Shown here: positions 38,907 through 51,606 of the stretch, in pieces
How the letters are laid out: the number at the start of each line of letters is the position of its first letter
Numbering within the stretch: position 1 is the first letter of the stretch
Assembly (NCBI GenBank): GCA_963775425.1
Contig: CAVZJB010000009.1
Coordinates: 128,001 to 192,000 of the forward strand
DNA length: 64,000 nucleotides
From: an uncultured delta proteobacterium
Lineage (GTDB): Bacteria; Myxococcota; UBA727; VGSZ01
Direction of reading: 5' to 3'
Program-made: the position numbers and the translations under genes
Notes under the pieces: generated by a model
What the model saw: only the letters and a program-made list of their open reading frames with translations
The model's database searches: none
What the model was told of the DNA's origin: nothing

Positions 38907-40349
38907 GTGTTGTATCGCGCGGTCGTCGGCTTCCTCACCCTCGTGACGCGCGTATTCTTTCGCAGCGTCGAGGTGAGCGGCCTCGAAAACGTCCCCGCCG
39001 ACGGCCCGGTCATCTTCGTCGGCAACCACCCCAACTCGCTGCTCGACCCCGTCCTCGTGATCACCACCTGCCGGCGGCCGGTGGCCTTCGCGGCCAAGGA
39101 GACGCTCTTCAAGGGGCCGCTCAACCCCTTCCTCAAGGCCCTCGGCGCGGTCCCCATCAAGCGGCGGCAGGACCAGGTCCCCGGCGCCGCCGAGGACGCC
39201 CCGGCCGCAGACGCGCCCGCCCGCGTCGACAACAGCGAGGCGTTCTCCGCGCTCCACGCCGTGCTCGAGGGCGGCGGCGCGTTCGGCATCTTCCCGGAGG
39301 GCATCTCGCACACGCGCCCGGAGCTCGCGCCCTTGAAGACCGGCGCCGCGCGCATCGCGCTCGGCGCCGCCGACAAGGGCGTGCCGGTGCGCATCGTCCC
39401 GGTGGGCCTCACCTACCGCCGCCGCGACCGGATGCGCAGCCGGGTGCTGGTGCAGTTCGGGCCGCCGCTCGTCGTCGAGCCCGCGCCGGCGGCGGAGGCA
39501 GAGGAAAGCGCGGAGTCGTCCCTCGACCGCGCGCGCCGGCTGACGGGACGGATCGGGCAGGCGCTGCGCGCGCAGACCATCAACGCCGCCGACTTCGAGA
39601 CCATCCGCGTCCTCGACGGCGTCCGCCGTTTGTACAAGCCCGACAACGTCGACCTCACGCTCGCGCAGCGCGCGGAGCTGATGCGGCGCTTCATCAATCA
39701 TTGGGAGCGCTTCCGGCACGAGCCGGAGATCCGCGCCTTCTACGGCGACGTCGAGTCGTACCTGCTGTCGCTGCGCGCGCTCGGTCTGACGGACACGGAC
39801 CTGCGCGGCGATCCCACGTCGCTCATCAACCGCGCCGCCTTCGTCATCAAGCACCTGGTGTTCTCCCTCGTGCTCGTGCCGGCGGCCATCCCCGGCGTCG
39901 TCATCCACGCCCCGGTGCTCGTCGCGGCGGTCTGGGCGGGGCAGGCCCTGACCTCGCGGGGCGACGTCCGGGCGACCATCAAGATGTGCGCGGCCACGCT
40001 GTTGACGCTGGCGGCCTACGCCGTCGTCGCGGGCCTGGTGCTCGTGAGGGTCCCGCCGCCCGGGGGCCTGGCCGCCGCCGGCACCACCCTCCTGGCGCTC
40101 CTGTTGTCCGGGTACGCGACCATCCGGGTTCTGGAGAAGCAGAGCGAGCTGCGCCGGGGCCTGTCCACGCTGCTCGCCCTGCTCCACCTCGACGATGAGA
40201 TCGCCCGGCTCGCCGCCGAGCGCGAGCGGCTCCGCGCCCGGCTCCTGGGGCTCATCGACGCCTACCTGGGCGAGGACGTCCCCCGCATCATCGACCGGGC
40301 GGCGCACGACGACGCCAAGGCCTGGCTCGACGCCGACGATCTCGATTGA
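38907..40349 (+). CDS. PlsC-type acyltransferase with C-terminal membrane domain
   Basis: NHPNSLLD, IFPEG.SH, LKTGAAR motifs. Confidence 0.88.
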   Translation: MLYRAVVGFLTLVTRVFFRSVEVSGLENVPADGPVIFVGNHPNSLLDPVLVITTCRRPVAFAAKETLFKGPLNPFLKALGAVPIKRRQDQVPGAAEDAPAADAPARVDNSEAFSALHAVLEGGGAFGIFPEGISHTRPELAPLKTGAARIALGAADKGVPVRIVPVGLTYRRRDRMRSRVLVQFGPPLVVEPAPAAEAEESAESSLDRARRLTGRIGQALRAQTINAADFETIRVLDGVRRLYKPDNVDLTLAQRAELMRRFINHWERFRHEPEIRAFYGDVESYLLSLRALGLTDTDLRGDPTSLINRAAFVIKHLVFSLVLVPAAIPGVVIHAPVLVAAVWAGQALTSRGDVRATIKMCAATLLTLAAYAVVAGLVLVRVPPPGGLAAAGTTLLALLLSGYATIRVLEKQSELRRGLSTLLALLHLDDEIARLAAERERLRARLLGLIDAYLGEDVPRIIDRAAHDDAKAWLDADDLD

Positions 40350-40380
40350 GCGCGCTCGACGGCGACCCCAAACGATGCCA

Positions 40381-41736
40381 ATGTCCGCCATCGTGACAGA
40401 CGGGGAACCCGAATCGCCGCCGGTGCGCAAGAAGCGCGATCCGAACGAGCTGCGCGTCGCGCGGTACGAAGGGCCGCAGCCGCCGCCCGAGGTGCCGCTG
40501 TACCGCGCGCACAGCACGCCGGGCGCCGGCGACCTCCAGTTCGGCGTCGCCGACGAGAGCGAGCCCCCGCTCGATCTCCCCGCGGGCCCCGCGGGCGAGG
40601 CCGAGCTCGCGCTCGGCCGCGCCGATCCGCAGGCGGCGCGCGCCGCCGTCGAGGCCGCTGACATCCCCGCGGAGATCGCCCGCGCCGTCCGCGCCCGCGC
40701 CGCGCTGATGGCCGGCGACGTCGACGAGGCCAAGGTGCAGCTCGGCAACGAGCGGGACATGCCCGCCTTCGCCGTGGCCGACGCCGCCCTCGCGCTCGCC
40801 GAGGGCGACGCCGCCCGCGCCGCCCGCCGCGTCGCCGACGCGCTGTTCAGCCGGCCCAACGGGCTCGCCGAGCGGTACCTGTTTGCCCTCGTCAAGGTCG
40901 CCGAGGGCGACATGGCCGAGGCCGGCTCGGCGCTCTCCGACGTCGCGCGCTCCGCGCCGACGCACGCCGTCGCCCGCTACCAGCTCGGCCAGATCCTCCT
41001 CGCCACGGGTGATCCCGCGCGCGCCGGGACGCTGTTCGAGATGTCCTGGCAGCTCCAGCCCACGTTCGTGGCGCCGGCGCTCGCCCTCGCCGAGATGCTC
41101 GCCGACAGCCGCCAGTACGGCGAGGCCTTGAACCTCGTCACCGCCGTGTGCGACGCGGCCCCCGACGCCCTCGCGCCGCGCTCGCTGCAACTGCGCGTGC
41201 TGCTCGAGGTGGGCGAGCGGGAGGCGGCGCTTCAACTGTCGTCGATGTTGCACGACAAGTTGCCGGCCGACGTCGACATCGCGCTCCTGCACGCGGAGGC
41301 GCTCGCGGAAAACGACAAGCCCGAGGACGCCAAGGCCGTGCTCGACGCGCTCTTGCAGGGGCCGAGCCCCACGGCCATCCAGCAGCGCGCCCGCCGTCAG
41401 CTCGCCCGCATCGCGCTGGCCGAGCGTCCCCCGCGCGCCGCCGACGCCATCGCGCTCATGAAGGAGGCGGCCCGCGCGGGCGGCGCCCTCCTCGGCGAGC
41501 TCTGCATCGAGATGTTCCACGTCTGCATCGCCGTGGGCCGCAGGAGCGACGCCGAAGAGGCCCTCGAGATCCTCTCGGAGGCAGGCGACGTCGGCGCCCT
41601 GATCTCCGGCGCCATCCTCGCCCGCAGCCACGCCATGTGGACCTGGGCGCGCAAGCTCGGCGAGCAGGCCCGCGGCCACGTCGCCGGCTCCCCCGCAGAA
41701 GCCCAGCTCGAAGGCTTCCTCGCCACCCTGCCGTAA
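40381..41736 (+). CDS. Tetratricopeptide repeat protein
   Basis: Ala/Leu-rich helical repeats (ARYQLGQILL, ALALAEML, ALLHAEAL). Confidence 0.8.
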   Translation: MSAIVTDGEPESPPVRKKRDPNELRVARYEGPQPPPEVPLYRAHSTPGAGDLQFGVADESEPPLDLPAGPAGEAELALGRADPQAARAAVEAADIPAEIARAVRARAALMAGDVDEAKVQLGNERDMPAFAVADAALALAEGDAARAARRVADALFSRPNGLAERYLFALVKVAEGDMAEAGSALSDVARSAPTHAVARYQLGQILLATGDPARAGTLFEMSWQLQPTFVAPALALAEMLADSRQYGEALNLVTAVCDAAPDALAPRSLQLRVLLEVGEREAALQLSSMLHDKLPADVDIALLHAEALAENDKPEDAKAVLDALLQGPSPTAIQQRARRQLARIALAERPPRAADAIALMKEAARAGGALLGELCIEMFHVCIAVGRRSDAEEALEILSEAGDVGALISGAILARSHAMWTWARKLGEQARGHVAGSPAEAQLEGFLATLP

Positions 41737-41775
41737 TCGTGAGGGCGCGCTGCGCGCGCCGATTCAGCGGCTTGT

Positions 41776-41822
41776 CGGCTGGCCCGATGGACCGTTGATC
41801 CGAGCCACCCGGAAGGGGACGG
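41776..41822 (+). repeat. Short copy of dispersed MITE-like repeat family
   Basis: cggctggcccgatggaccgttgatccgagccacccggaaggggacgg matches revcomp of 51469-51515 (1 mismatch) and 60250-60284. Confidence 0.85.
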
Positions 41823-41876
41823 CCGGCGCTCGCAGTCCTCGTGGGGCGGCGCCGCCTTGCCCCGCTCGTGGTCGTC

Positions 41877-41900
41877 GTAGGGCGGGGGCTTGTCCCCCGC
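41877..41900 (+). repeat. GTAG-type REP element
   Basis: Identical to 32118-32140; degenerate GTGG copy at 41841-41865. Confidence 0.8.
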
Positions 41901-41913
41901 GTCGATGGGGCGC

Positions 41914-43923
<2,010 letters not shown>

Positions 43924-44010
43924 GCGTGGATTCTAAACGATCCCGCCCGCGGGCGAACAAGGCTGTTCGCTCCCGTGTAGGCGGCGTTCGCACCGGTGGC
44001 GGGCACGCTC

Positions 44011-44499
44011 TCAGCGCTCGAAGTGCACGGTGGGCGAGCCCGCGCGCGCGCGCTCGGCCTTGAGCTGGGCCAGCGGGCCGAGGGAGCCCGCGCCGAGGAT
44101 CCACGTGAGCAGCAGCGTGAGGAGCGTGACGGCGGCGCAGCCGGCGACGAGCACGCGGAGCACGAGCTTCAGCGAGGGGGCGTCGCGCACGGCACGCCAG
44201 GTGGAGGTGCAGCCGGTCACCATCATGAGGATCGACACGCCCGCGAGGATGGGCGTGACGGCCTGGATGGGCAGGTACAAGAGCGCCGCGAACAAGCCCG
44301 CGCAGCCGGCGCCGGCGCGGAGCACGCCGGCGAACAGCTGGGCCTTCTCGGCGGCGCCGCCGCCTGGGCGCGGGGTGCGGTAGCCGGGCCGCGGGCGCGG
44401 CGCGATGCCGGCGTCGTCCTCGTCGTCGGGGGCGCCCCCGTCCCCGCCGAACGCCGGGCGCGCGCTGTCGGGGCCGTCTGCGAGGCTGTCGGAGGTCAT
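44011..44499 (-). CDS. Hypothetical membrane protein
   Basis: Three hydrophobic segments. Confidence 0.6.
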   Translation of the reverse strand: MTSDSLADGPDSARPAFGGDGGAPDDEDDAGIAPRPRPGYRTPRPGGGAAEKAQLFAGVLRAGAGCAGLFAALLYLPIQAVTPILAGVSILMMVTGCTSTWRAVRDAPSLKLVLRVLVAGCAAVTLLTLLLTWILGAGSLGPLAQLKAERARAGSPTVHFER

Positions 44500-44546
44500 C
44501 GGGTTCTCTATGGCATCCGAGACGCCGCGGCGCTACCTAGGGTTCC

Positions 44547-45065
44547 ATGCGCACGCCCTTGATCTTCGCCGCCGCCCTCTCCCTCCTCGCCCTCGCCGGC
44601 TGCCCCAAGTCCGAAGAGACCGGCGACTTCGGCCCCGCCAAGCCCGTGAAGAACAACGGCACCCTCGGCAACAAGCCCATCACCGATGCCGCGCCGGCGG
44701 CGCCGGACTTCGAGCACTCCGTCGACGTCGCGCCCGCCTTCGACAAGGCGAGCAACACGCTCACGGTCACCCTCAAGCTCAAGCCGGGCTTTCACGCCTA
44801 CGCCCCGGGCGAAGAGGTCGGCAAGCCCGTGGAGCTCGCCGTGGACGCGCCCTGGACCGTCGACGGCGCCGTCAACATCCCCAAGGGCACGCCCAAGGAC
44901 ATGGGCGAGCTCGGCAAGAGCGTCATCCTCGAGGGCGACGTCCCCTTGAGCGCCAAGCTCAAGGGCGGCAGCGGTGAGATCAAGGGCGTCGTGACGGCCC
45001 AGGTGTGCACCGACAAGGCCTGCGACCGCCCGAAGAAGCACCCGTTCTCCGTGCCCGCGGCGTGA
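44547..45065 (+). CDS. Lipoprotein with DsbD N-terminal-like Ig domain
   Basis: LAG-C lipobox, [17 protein letters not shown] (CxxxxC). Confidence 0.75.
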   Translation: MRTPLIFAAALSLLALAGCPKSEETGDFGPAKPVKNNGTLGNKPITDAAPAAPDFEHSVDVAPAFDKASNTLTVTLKLKPGFHAYAPGEEVGKPVELAVDAPWTVDGAVNIPKGTPKDMGELGKSVILEGDVPLSAKLKGGSGEIKGVVTAQVCTDKACDRPKKHPFSVPAA

Positions 45066-45072
45066 GGTCCCC

Positions 45073-47217
45073 ATGGCGGCTCGTGACGACGGCGGCGCTC
45101 AGGGCGCGGTGCCGCCGAAGAAGCTCTGGCCGCTCGAGAGGGCGGCGGCGGTGACGGAGCAGGCGGCGCGGGAGGACCCGGGCCCTGGTTTGCGCACGCC
45201 CGCGCAGTTCAAGCTCGTCTCCGAGTACCAGCCCCAGGGCGATCAGCCCGCGGCCATCGATCAGCTCGTGGACGGCGTGAACCGCGGCCACAAGCACCAG
45301 GTGCTCCTCGGCGTCACCGGGTCGGGCAAGACGTTCACGATGGCCAACGTCGTCGCCCGCACCAACCGGCCGACGCTCGTGCTCGCGCACAACAAGACGC
45401 TCGCGGCGCAGCTCTATCAGGAGATCAAGGCGTTCTTCCCAGAAAACGCCGTCGAGTACTTCGTCAGCTACTACGACTACTACCAGCCCGAGGCCTACGT
45501 CCCGTCGACGGACACGTACATCGAGAAGGACTCGCTCATCAACGAGACCATCGATCGGATGCGGCACTCGGCCACCAAGAGCCTGCTCGAGAGAAACGAC
45601 GTCATCATCGTCGCGTCGGTGAGCTGCATCTACGGCATCGGCTCGCGCGAGAGCTACAAGGAGATGACGGCGTATGTCGAGGTCGGCCGCCCGCTGAACC
45701 GCGACCAGTTCCTGCGCCAGCTCGTCGAGAGCCAATTCGAGAGGAACGACGTCTCGTTCGCCCGCGGCACCTTCCGCGTCCGGGGCGACACCGTCGAGGT
45801 GTTCCCCGCCGACGAAGAGGAGCACGCGCTGCGCATCTCCTTCTTCGGCGACGAGGTGGAGTCCATCGTCGAGACCGATCCGCTGCGCGGACGCACCTTG
45901 CGCGAGCTGCCGTTCGTCACCATCTGGCCCGCCTCGCACTACGCGATGAACAAGGACCGGATGAAGCGCACGCTCGACGCCATCCGCGACGAGCTGCGCG
46001 AGCGCCTCCAGGAGCTGCGCGCCCAGAACCTGCTGCTCGAGGCCCAGCGCCTGGAGCAGCGCACGCTGTACGACCTCGAGATGCTCGAGGCCACGGGCCA
46101 GTGCAAGGGCATCGAGAACTACTCGCGTCACCTCACCGGCCGGAGCCCCGGCGAGCCGCCGCCCACGCTGCTCGACTACTTCCCGCGCGACTTCCTGCTC
46201 GTCGTCGACGAGAGCCACCAGAGCGTCCCGCAGGTGCGCGGCATGTACTTCGGCGATCGCTCGCGCAAGGAGACGCTGGTGCGCTACGGCTTCCGGCTGC
46301 CGAGCGCGCTCGACAACCGCCCGCTCAAGTTCGAGGAGTTCGACGGCCACATCCACCAGGCGGTCTACGTCTCGGCCACCCCCGCCGAGTACGAGGTCGA
46401 GAAGGCCGAGGGCGTCCTCGTCGAGCAGCTCATCCGCCCCACCGGCCTGCTCGATCCGCTCGTGGAGATCCGCCCGGTGGCGTCGCAGGTGGACGACCTC
46501 ATCGCGGAGGCCAAGAAGGTGGTGGCGTCCGGCGACCGCGTCCTCGTCACCACGCTCACCAAGCGCATGGCAGAGGACCTCACCGAGTACCTCGTCGAGG
46601 TCGGCGTCAAGGCGCGCTACCTCCACTCGGACATCGACACCCTCGAGCGCATCGAGATCCTCTCCGCGCTCCGCCGCGGGGAGTACGACGTCCTCGTCGG
46701 CATCAACCTCCTGCGCGAGGGTCTCGACCTGCCCGAGGTCTCGCTCGTCGCCATTCTCGACGCCGACAAGGAGGGCTTCCTCCGCGCGGCCACGGGCCTC
46801 ATCCAGACCATCGGGCGCGCGGCGCGCAACGATCACGGCCGCGTCATCCTCTACGCCGACACCATGACCGACTCCATCAACGCCGCCGTCTCGGAGACCG
46901 GGCGCCGTCGCGCGATCCAGGAGGAGTACAACAAGCGGCACGGCATCACGCCCACCACCATCCAGAAGGCCGTTCGCGCAAACCCCCAGATCGCCTACGC
47001 CGAGATGGACTACCTCGACGTCGACGCCGCGCGCGCCACCCCCGGCCGCAAGAAGGGCAGGAAGGCGCGCGCCGAGGAGGTGGACCCGGCCGAGCTGCCG
47101 GCGCTCCTCGACAAGCTCAGGAAAGAGATGCGCGCCGCCGCCGCCGACATGGAATTCGAGCGCGCCGCGGAGTTGCGCGACCGCATCCGCGGCCTCGAGT
47201 CACGCGCGCTCCTTTGA
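45073..47217 (+). CDS. uvrB: Excinuclease ABC subunit B
   Basis: [61 protein letters not shown]. Confidence 0.97.
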   Translation: MAARDDGGAQGAVPPKKLWPLERAAAVTEQAAREDPGPGLRTPAQFKLVSEYQPQGDQPAAIDQLVDGVNRGHKHQVLLGVTGSGKTFTMANVVARTNRPTLVLAHNKTLAAQLYQEIKAFFPENAVEYFVSYYDYYQPEAYVPSTDTYIEKDSLINETIDRMRHSATKSLLERNDVIIVASVSCIYGIGSRESYKEMTAYVEVGRPLNRDQFLRQLVESQFERNDVSFARGTFRVRGDTVEVFPADEEEHALRISFFGDEVESIVETDPLRGRTLRELPFVTIWPASHYAMNKDRMKRTLDAIRDELRERLQELRAQNLLLEAQRLEQRTLYDLEMLEATGQCKGIENYSRHLTGRSPGEPPPTLLDYFPRDFLLVVDESHQSVPQVRGMYFGDRSRKETLVRYGFRLPSALDNRPLKFEEFDGHIHQAVYVSATPAEYEVEKAEGVLVEQLIRPTGLLDPLVEIRPVASQVDDLIAEAKKVVASGDRVLVTTLTKRMAEDLTEYLVEVGVKARYLHSDIDTLERIEILSALRRGEYDVLVGINLLREGLDLPEVSLVAILDADKEGFLRAATGLIQTIGRAARNDHGRVILYADTMTDSINAAVSETGRRRAIQEEYNKRHGITPTTIQKAVRANPQIAYAEMDYLDVDAARATPGRKKGRKARAEEVDPAELPALLDKLRKEMRAAAADMEFERAAELRDRIRGLESRALL

Positions 47218-47263
47218 CGTCGAGGGCCGCTTTTCAGCACGGCGCGCCACGCGCGCGATGCCC

Positions 47264-47740
47264 TCATCGATCGAGCGCGTCGACGGCCTGCGCCTGCGCC
47301 TGCGTGGCGCGGTCGGCGGCGGCGGCGGCGGCGCGCGCCTGGTGGACGGCGTCCGCCGGGAACGCGACGAGGCCGCCGTCGCCGAGGCCGGCGCTGCGCA
47401 TCACCCAGCCGAAGTAGAGCGCGCCGAGGAGGGCGACGCCGGCGGCGAGCCCGGCGGCGCGCAGCAAGAGCCGGCGGCCGCGGCGGCGGCCGCGCGCGAG
47501 GCCGACGGCGGCGACGACGACGAGGGCGGCGCCGGCGCCGACGGCGGCCGAGGGCAGGTGCACGCCGCCCACGACGGCGGGCACGTGCACGACCGGAGCG
47601 GGCCGCGCGCCGGGATCGAAGAGCGCGGCGTGCTCGCGGTACGCCGGCGGGATGGAGGCGTAGTCGTTGGTGACGACGTCGCGGCCCCGGTCGTCCTGGT
47701 AACGGAAGAAGAACGTCGCGTCGCCGGCGTCGTCGGCCAT
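47264..47740 (-). CDS. Hypothetical membrane protein (DUF4124-like N-terminus)
   Basis: FFRYQDDRG..VTND..SIP..YR followed by two TMs. Confidence 0.6.
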   Translation of the reverse strand: MADDAGDATFFFRYQDDRGRDVVTNDYASIPPAYREHAALFDPGARPAPVVHVPAVVGGVHLPSAAVGAGAALVVVAAVGLARGRRRGRRLLLRAAGLAAGVALLGALYFGWVMRSAGLGDGGLVAFPADAVHQARAAAAAADRATQAQAQAVDALDR

Positions 47741-47752
47741 CGAGGGCGTTCG

Positions 47753-48550
47753 TCAGCCCAACAGCTCGAACCCGCCGGCCGCCCGGAGCGTGAGGTTCTG
47801 CCACGGTGCGAAGTTGTTCTCGCGGAAGCGCAGCCCGAACTCGTCGGCGCCGGGATCGAGCAGCTTGAGCTCGACGAACATGTTGCCCTTCTTGGTGCCG
47901 CGCAGATCGATCTCGGCACCGTCGGGCGCGTGGAGCACCGCGTCCTCCGAAAGGGCGTAGCCCCGCTCCTTCAGCGCCTTCAGCGTGGTCCCCGTGGTGG
48001 TGAGCTGTGTCACCTGACCGTTCAGGAGCGGGTTCTTCACCCGCCACAGCTCCATGTCCCCGACGAGGGTCTTGTCCGCCGGCGGCACGACGGAGGCGCC
48101 GCCGTGCGCCTTGTCCGCCTCGAAGCGCGACGCTTCCGGGACGTGGCCGCCGACGTCGGCGAGGCTCACCGAGGTGATCTCGCCGATGCCGCGCTCGCCC
48201 GACTCGCGCGCGCGGATGTCGACGGTGAACGGCTTGTTCGGCGACACGTCGAGGCTGACCTCCTCGTTCGCCTTGGCGGTCCCGCGCAGGTCGATGTCGC
48301 CCGAAGGGGTGTGCACGACGCCGTCGTCACCGAGGGTCAAGCCGGCCTGGGCGAGCATGCGCTGCGCCGCCGGGCTGACGCTGATGGCGGTGTCGCGCGC
48401 GCCGCGGAACCCGGGGTGGTCGTTCTTGGCCGCGAGGTGTTGCGCGACGAAGTTGCGCCCGGCGGGAAAGGCGAACGCGCGCTCGGCCCGGTTGTCGCGC
48501 AGCGGCAGACTGGTCTTTTGTTGTGCCTTGTCGAGCGCGCGGAGCTTCAT
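47753..48550 (-). CDS. Hypothetical protein with internal duplicated motif
   Basis: AGLTLGDDGVVHTPSGDIDLRGTAK vs RGYALSEDAVLHAPDGAEIDLRGTKK. Confidence 0.7.
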   Translation of the reverse strand: MKLRALDKAQQKTSLPLRDNRAERAFAFPAGRNFVAQHLAAKNDHPGFRGARDTAISVSPAAQRMLAQAGLTLGDDGVVHTPSGDIDLRGTAKANEEVSLDVSPNKPFTVDIRARESGERGIGEITSVSLADVGGHVPEASRFEADKAHGGASVVPPADKTLVGDMELWRVKNPLLNGQVTQLTTTGTTLKALKERGYALSEDAVLHAPDGAEIDLRGTKKGNMFVELKLLDPGADEFGLRFRENNFAPWQNLTLRAAGGFELLG

Positions 48551-48639
48551 CGTCGTTCCCCTGCCGAGAGGCCGAGCCTAGCAGAGGCGCCCCGGCATGG
48601 GGGGAGCGTGTCGCGGGCTTGCCTGGTAGGATGCGCCCC

Positions 48640-49773
48640 ATGAAGTCCCGCATCGACTCGACTGCAGCGCGCCCGCTCCCTGCGGTCGCAATCGCGCTGC
48701 TCGCCGCCCTCGTGAGCGTCCCCGCGCTGGCCGGCCACGTGGACCGCGAGCGCAACAAGAAGGCCCCCGTCGTCGCCGTCTTCCCGTTCAAGGTGCTGAA
48801 CAAGGAAGACAAATTCCAGTCCTACGGCGAGGGTGCGGCCGAGGCCATCATCAACAAGATCGTCAACGACAAGTCGTTGCGCATCGTCGAGGAGAGCCAG
48901 CTCGACAAGGCCATCAACGCCCTCGCGCGCAACCAGACCGGCTTGTTCGAAGAGGAGAGCGCGCTCGCCGTGGGCCAGATGGTGGACGCCCGCTTCATCA
49001 TCATCGGCAGCGTGCAGGTGGTGGCCGATCAGGTCGCCGTCACGTCGCGGCTGCTCGAGGTGGAGACGCGGCAACTGCTGGCCAGCTCGCGCAGCACGCA
49101 GCCCATGGCCAACATCTTCGGCGCCTATGACGAGGTGGCGGCGCAGATGCTCTCGCGCATGACCTTCCACCTCTCGCAGCGCATCACCGCCGGCGAGAGC
49201 GCCGACGAGATCGCGGTGCGCCAGCTCATCGAGGACGCCAAGGCGTTCGACCCGCAGTTCCCGCCGGCCAAGAGCGCCAAGGGCGGCGACCTGCCCAAGG
49301 ACCTGGCGCGCGCCCTCGCGCTCTACAACAAGGCGGTGCTGCGCGATCCCAGGAGCGCCGTCGCGCAGCTCGCCCTCGGCGACGCCGAGGGCCGCATGAG
49401 CGCCGCCATCGCCCGCGCCGACGCCACCCGCTCGCGGCAGCTCCTCGAGAGCGCGCGCGATCACCTCTCGACGTCCACCAACCTCGACAAGAACAACGTG
49501 TTCGCCTGGACCCAGCTCGGGCGTGCCGAGGGCCGGCTGCAGAACCACAGCGCCGCCGAGCTCGCCTTCCGCAACGCGCTCGCCGTCGACGCCAACTTCG
49601 TCGCCGCCCGCTACGGCCTCGCCGTGGCCCTGTTGAACGTGGGCAACCTCCAGGAGGCCCGCGAGAACGCCGCCCAGGCCAAGCAGGGCGGCGATCCCCG
49701 CGCCGCCGGCCTCCTCGGGCAGATCAACCAGCGCATCGCCGCCGAGCGCCAGAAGCCCAACCCACCGAAATAG
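48640..49773 (+). CDS. Exported CsgG/FlgO-like domain plus TPR protein
   Basis: Signal peptide, VVAVFPF, IVEESQLD, ARFIIIGSV, RLLEVET; C-terminal TPRs. Confidence 0.8.
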   Translation: MKSRIDSTAARPLPAVAIALLAALVSVPALAGHVDRERNKKAPVVAVFPFKVLNKEDKFQSYGEGAAEAIINKIVNDKSLRIVEESQLDKAINALARNQTGLFEEESALAVGQMVDARFIIIGSVQVVADQVAVTSRLLEVETRQLLASSRSTQPMANIFGAYDEVAAQMLSRMTFHLSQRITAGESADEIAVRQLIEDAKAFDPQFPPAKSAKGGDLPKDLARALALYNKAVLRDPRSAVAQLALGDAEGRMSAAIARADATRSRQLLESARDHLSTSTNLDKNNVFAWTQLGRAEGRLQNHSAAELAFRNALAVDANFVAARYGLAVALLNVGNLQEARENAAQAKQGGDPRAAGLLGQINQRIAAERQKPNPPK

Positions 49774-49820
49774 TCCCGGCCGGGCTTGCGACCCCGCGGG
49801 CGCTCAGGCATCGAACGCGT

Positions 49821-50294
49821 ATGGCCAAGAGCATCGCCGTCGGCGACCGCGTCGCTTCCTTCGAGCTGCCCGATCAACACGGAAAGGTCGTCAAGCTCGA
49901 CGACCTCCTCGGCAAGGGTCCGCTCGTGTTCTTCTTCTATCCGAAGGACGAGACCCCCGTGTGCACGCGCGAGGCGTGCAGCTTCCGCGACGCCCACGAC
50001 GAGCTGCAGCAGGCCGGCGCCGCCGTCTTCGGCGTGAGCGGAGACTCCGTCGAGTCGCACGCGAGCTTCGCCGAGCACCACAAGCTCACCTACCCGCTCC
50101 TCGCCGACCCCGGGGACAAGGTGCGGGACGGCGTGTTCGGCGTGCCGCGCGGGCTGCTCGGCCTCACCGCAGGCCGCTCCACCTACGTGCTCGACAAGGA
50201 CGGCGTCGTGCGGCACGTGCACAAGGCCCAGCTCGAAGCCCAGTCCCACGTCGACGAGGCGTTGGCCGTGGTGAAGAAGCTCGCGAACGGATAA
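49821..50294 (+). CDS. bcp: Peroxiredoxin Q/BCP
   Basis: FFYPKDETPVCTREACSFRD. Confidence 0.92.
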   Translation: MAKSIAVGDRVASFELPDQHGKVVKLDDLLGKGPLVFFFYPKDETPVCTREACSFRDAHDELQQAGAAVFGVSGDSVESHASFAEHHKLTYPLLADPGDKVRDGVFGVPRGLLGLTAGRSTYVLDKDGVVRHVHKAQLEAQSHVDEALAVVKKLANG

Positions 50295-50302
50295 GGAACC
50301 TC

Positions 50303-51289
50303 ATGACCGCCCACAACGTCGTCATCATCGGCTCGGGGCCCGCGGGGTGGACCGCGGCGCTCTACACCGCCCGCGCCAACCTCTCGCCCATCGTGTTCGA
50401 GGGCTCCGTGCCCAACCTGCCCGGCGGCCAGCTCATGATCACGAGCGACGTCGAGAATTACCCGGGCTTCCCGGAGGGCATCAAAGGCCCCGAGATGATG
50501 GACCGCTTCAAGAAGCAGGCGGAGCGCTTCGGGACCACCGTGAAGAGCGAGAACATCGCCGCCGTGGACTTCTCCAAGCGGCCGTTCACGCTCACCACCG
50601 AGGAAGGCGAGACCCTCACGGCGCACGCCGTCATCATCGCCACCGGCGCCAACGCCAAGCTCCTCGGCATCGACAAGGAGAAGGACCTGATGTCCTCCGG
50701 CGCCGGCGTCTCCGCCTGCGCCACCTGCGACGGCGCGCTCTACAAGGGCGAGGAGCTGGCGGTGGTGGGCGGCGGCGACACGGCCATGGAGGAGGCGCTG
50801 TTCCTCACGCGCTACGCGTCCAAGGTCACCCTCGTGCACCGCCGTGAGGAGTTCCGCGCCTCCAAGGTCATGCTCGAGCGCGCGCGCAGCAACCCGAAGA
50901 TCGCGTGGGAGCTCAACGCCGTCGTCGACGAGATCCTCACCGAGAAGAAGAAGATGGGCATCTTCGAGCGCGACGCGCTCGTGGCCTTGCGCCTCAAGAA
51001 CACCAAGGACGGCGGCACCAAGGACATCGCCGTGGGCGGCCTCTTCGTCGCCATCGGCCACGAGCCCAACGTCTCGCTGTTCAAGGAGCACCTGAAGCTC
51101 GACGACAAGGGGTACCTCGCCGTCACGCCGGGCACCACGCGCGCCACGGCCAGGTCCGGCCAGTGGCTCGACGGGGTGTTCGCCTGCGGCGACGTGCAGG
51201 ACAGCTATTACCGCCAGGCCATCACCGCCGCCGGCACAGGCTGCATGGCCGCCATCGACTGCGAGCGCTGGCTCGCCGAGCACCACTGA
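50303..51289 (+). CDS. trxB: Thioredoxin reductase
   Basis: IIGSGPAG, VENYPGF, CATCDG, GGGDTA.EE, GDVQD..YRQAITAAG. Confidence 0.96.
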   Translation: MTAHNVVIIGSGPAGWTAALYTARANLSPIVFEGSVPNLPGGQLMITSDVENYPGFPEGIKGPEMMDRFKKQAERFGTTVKSENIAAVDFSKRPFTLTTEEGETLTAHAVIIATGANAKLLGIDKEKDLMSSGAGVSACATCDGALYKGEELAVVGGGDTAMEEALFLTRYASKVTLVHRREEFRASKVMLERARSNPKIAWELNAVVDEILTEKKKMGIFERDALVALRLKNTKDGGTKDIAVGGLFVAIGHEPNVSLFKEHLKLDDKGYLAVTPGTTRATARSGQWLDGVFACGDVQDSYYRQAITAAGTGCMAAIDCERWLAEHH

Positions 51290-51290
51290 A

Positions 51291-51515
51291 AGGCTGACGA
51301 AATAAGGCTCGTGGCAGCACTCGGCGAAGCCGCCCACAAGGTGGCTCGCCGCGCGGAGTACGTGGCGAGGCACGTCGGCGCGGACTTGAGGCGGTGAGCT
51401 TCGCGAAGGCTAGTAGACAACGTCGCCACCGCCGGAGCTCCTTTCCGCTCCGCCGTGTGGCCGTAGCACCGTCCCCTTCCGGGGGGCTCGGATCAACGGT
51501 CCATCGGGCCAGCCG
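51291..51515. mobile_element. MITE-like dispersed repeat, copy A
   Basis: Begins aggctgacgaaataa right after the trxB stop; blocks match revcomp of 60250-60320 and 60500-60584. Confidence 0.75.
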
Positions 51516-51606
51516 TCGTCGCCACTCCGGCGCTTGAGCGCGCCACCGCGAGGCGCGGGACGCGCCCGCGCCACCGCCTACGAGGCAGACGGGTCCCCGC
51601 CGGGGG

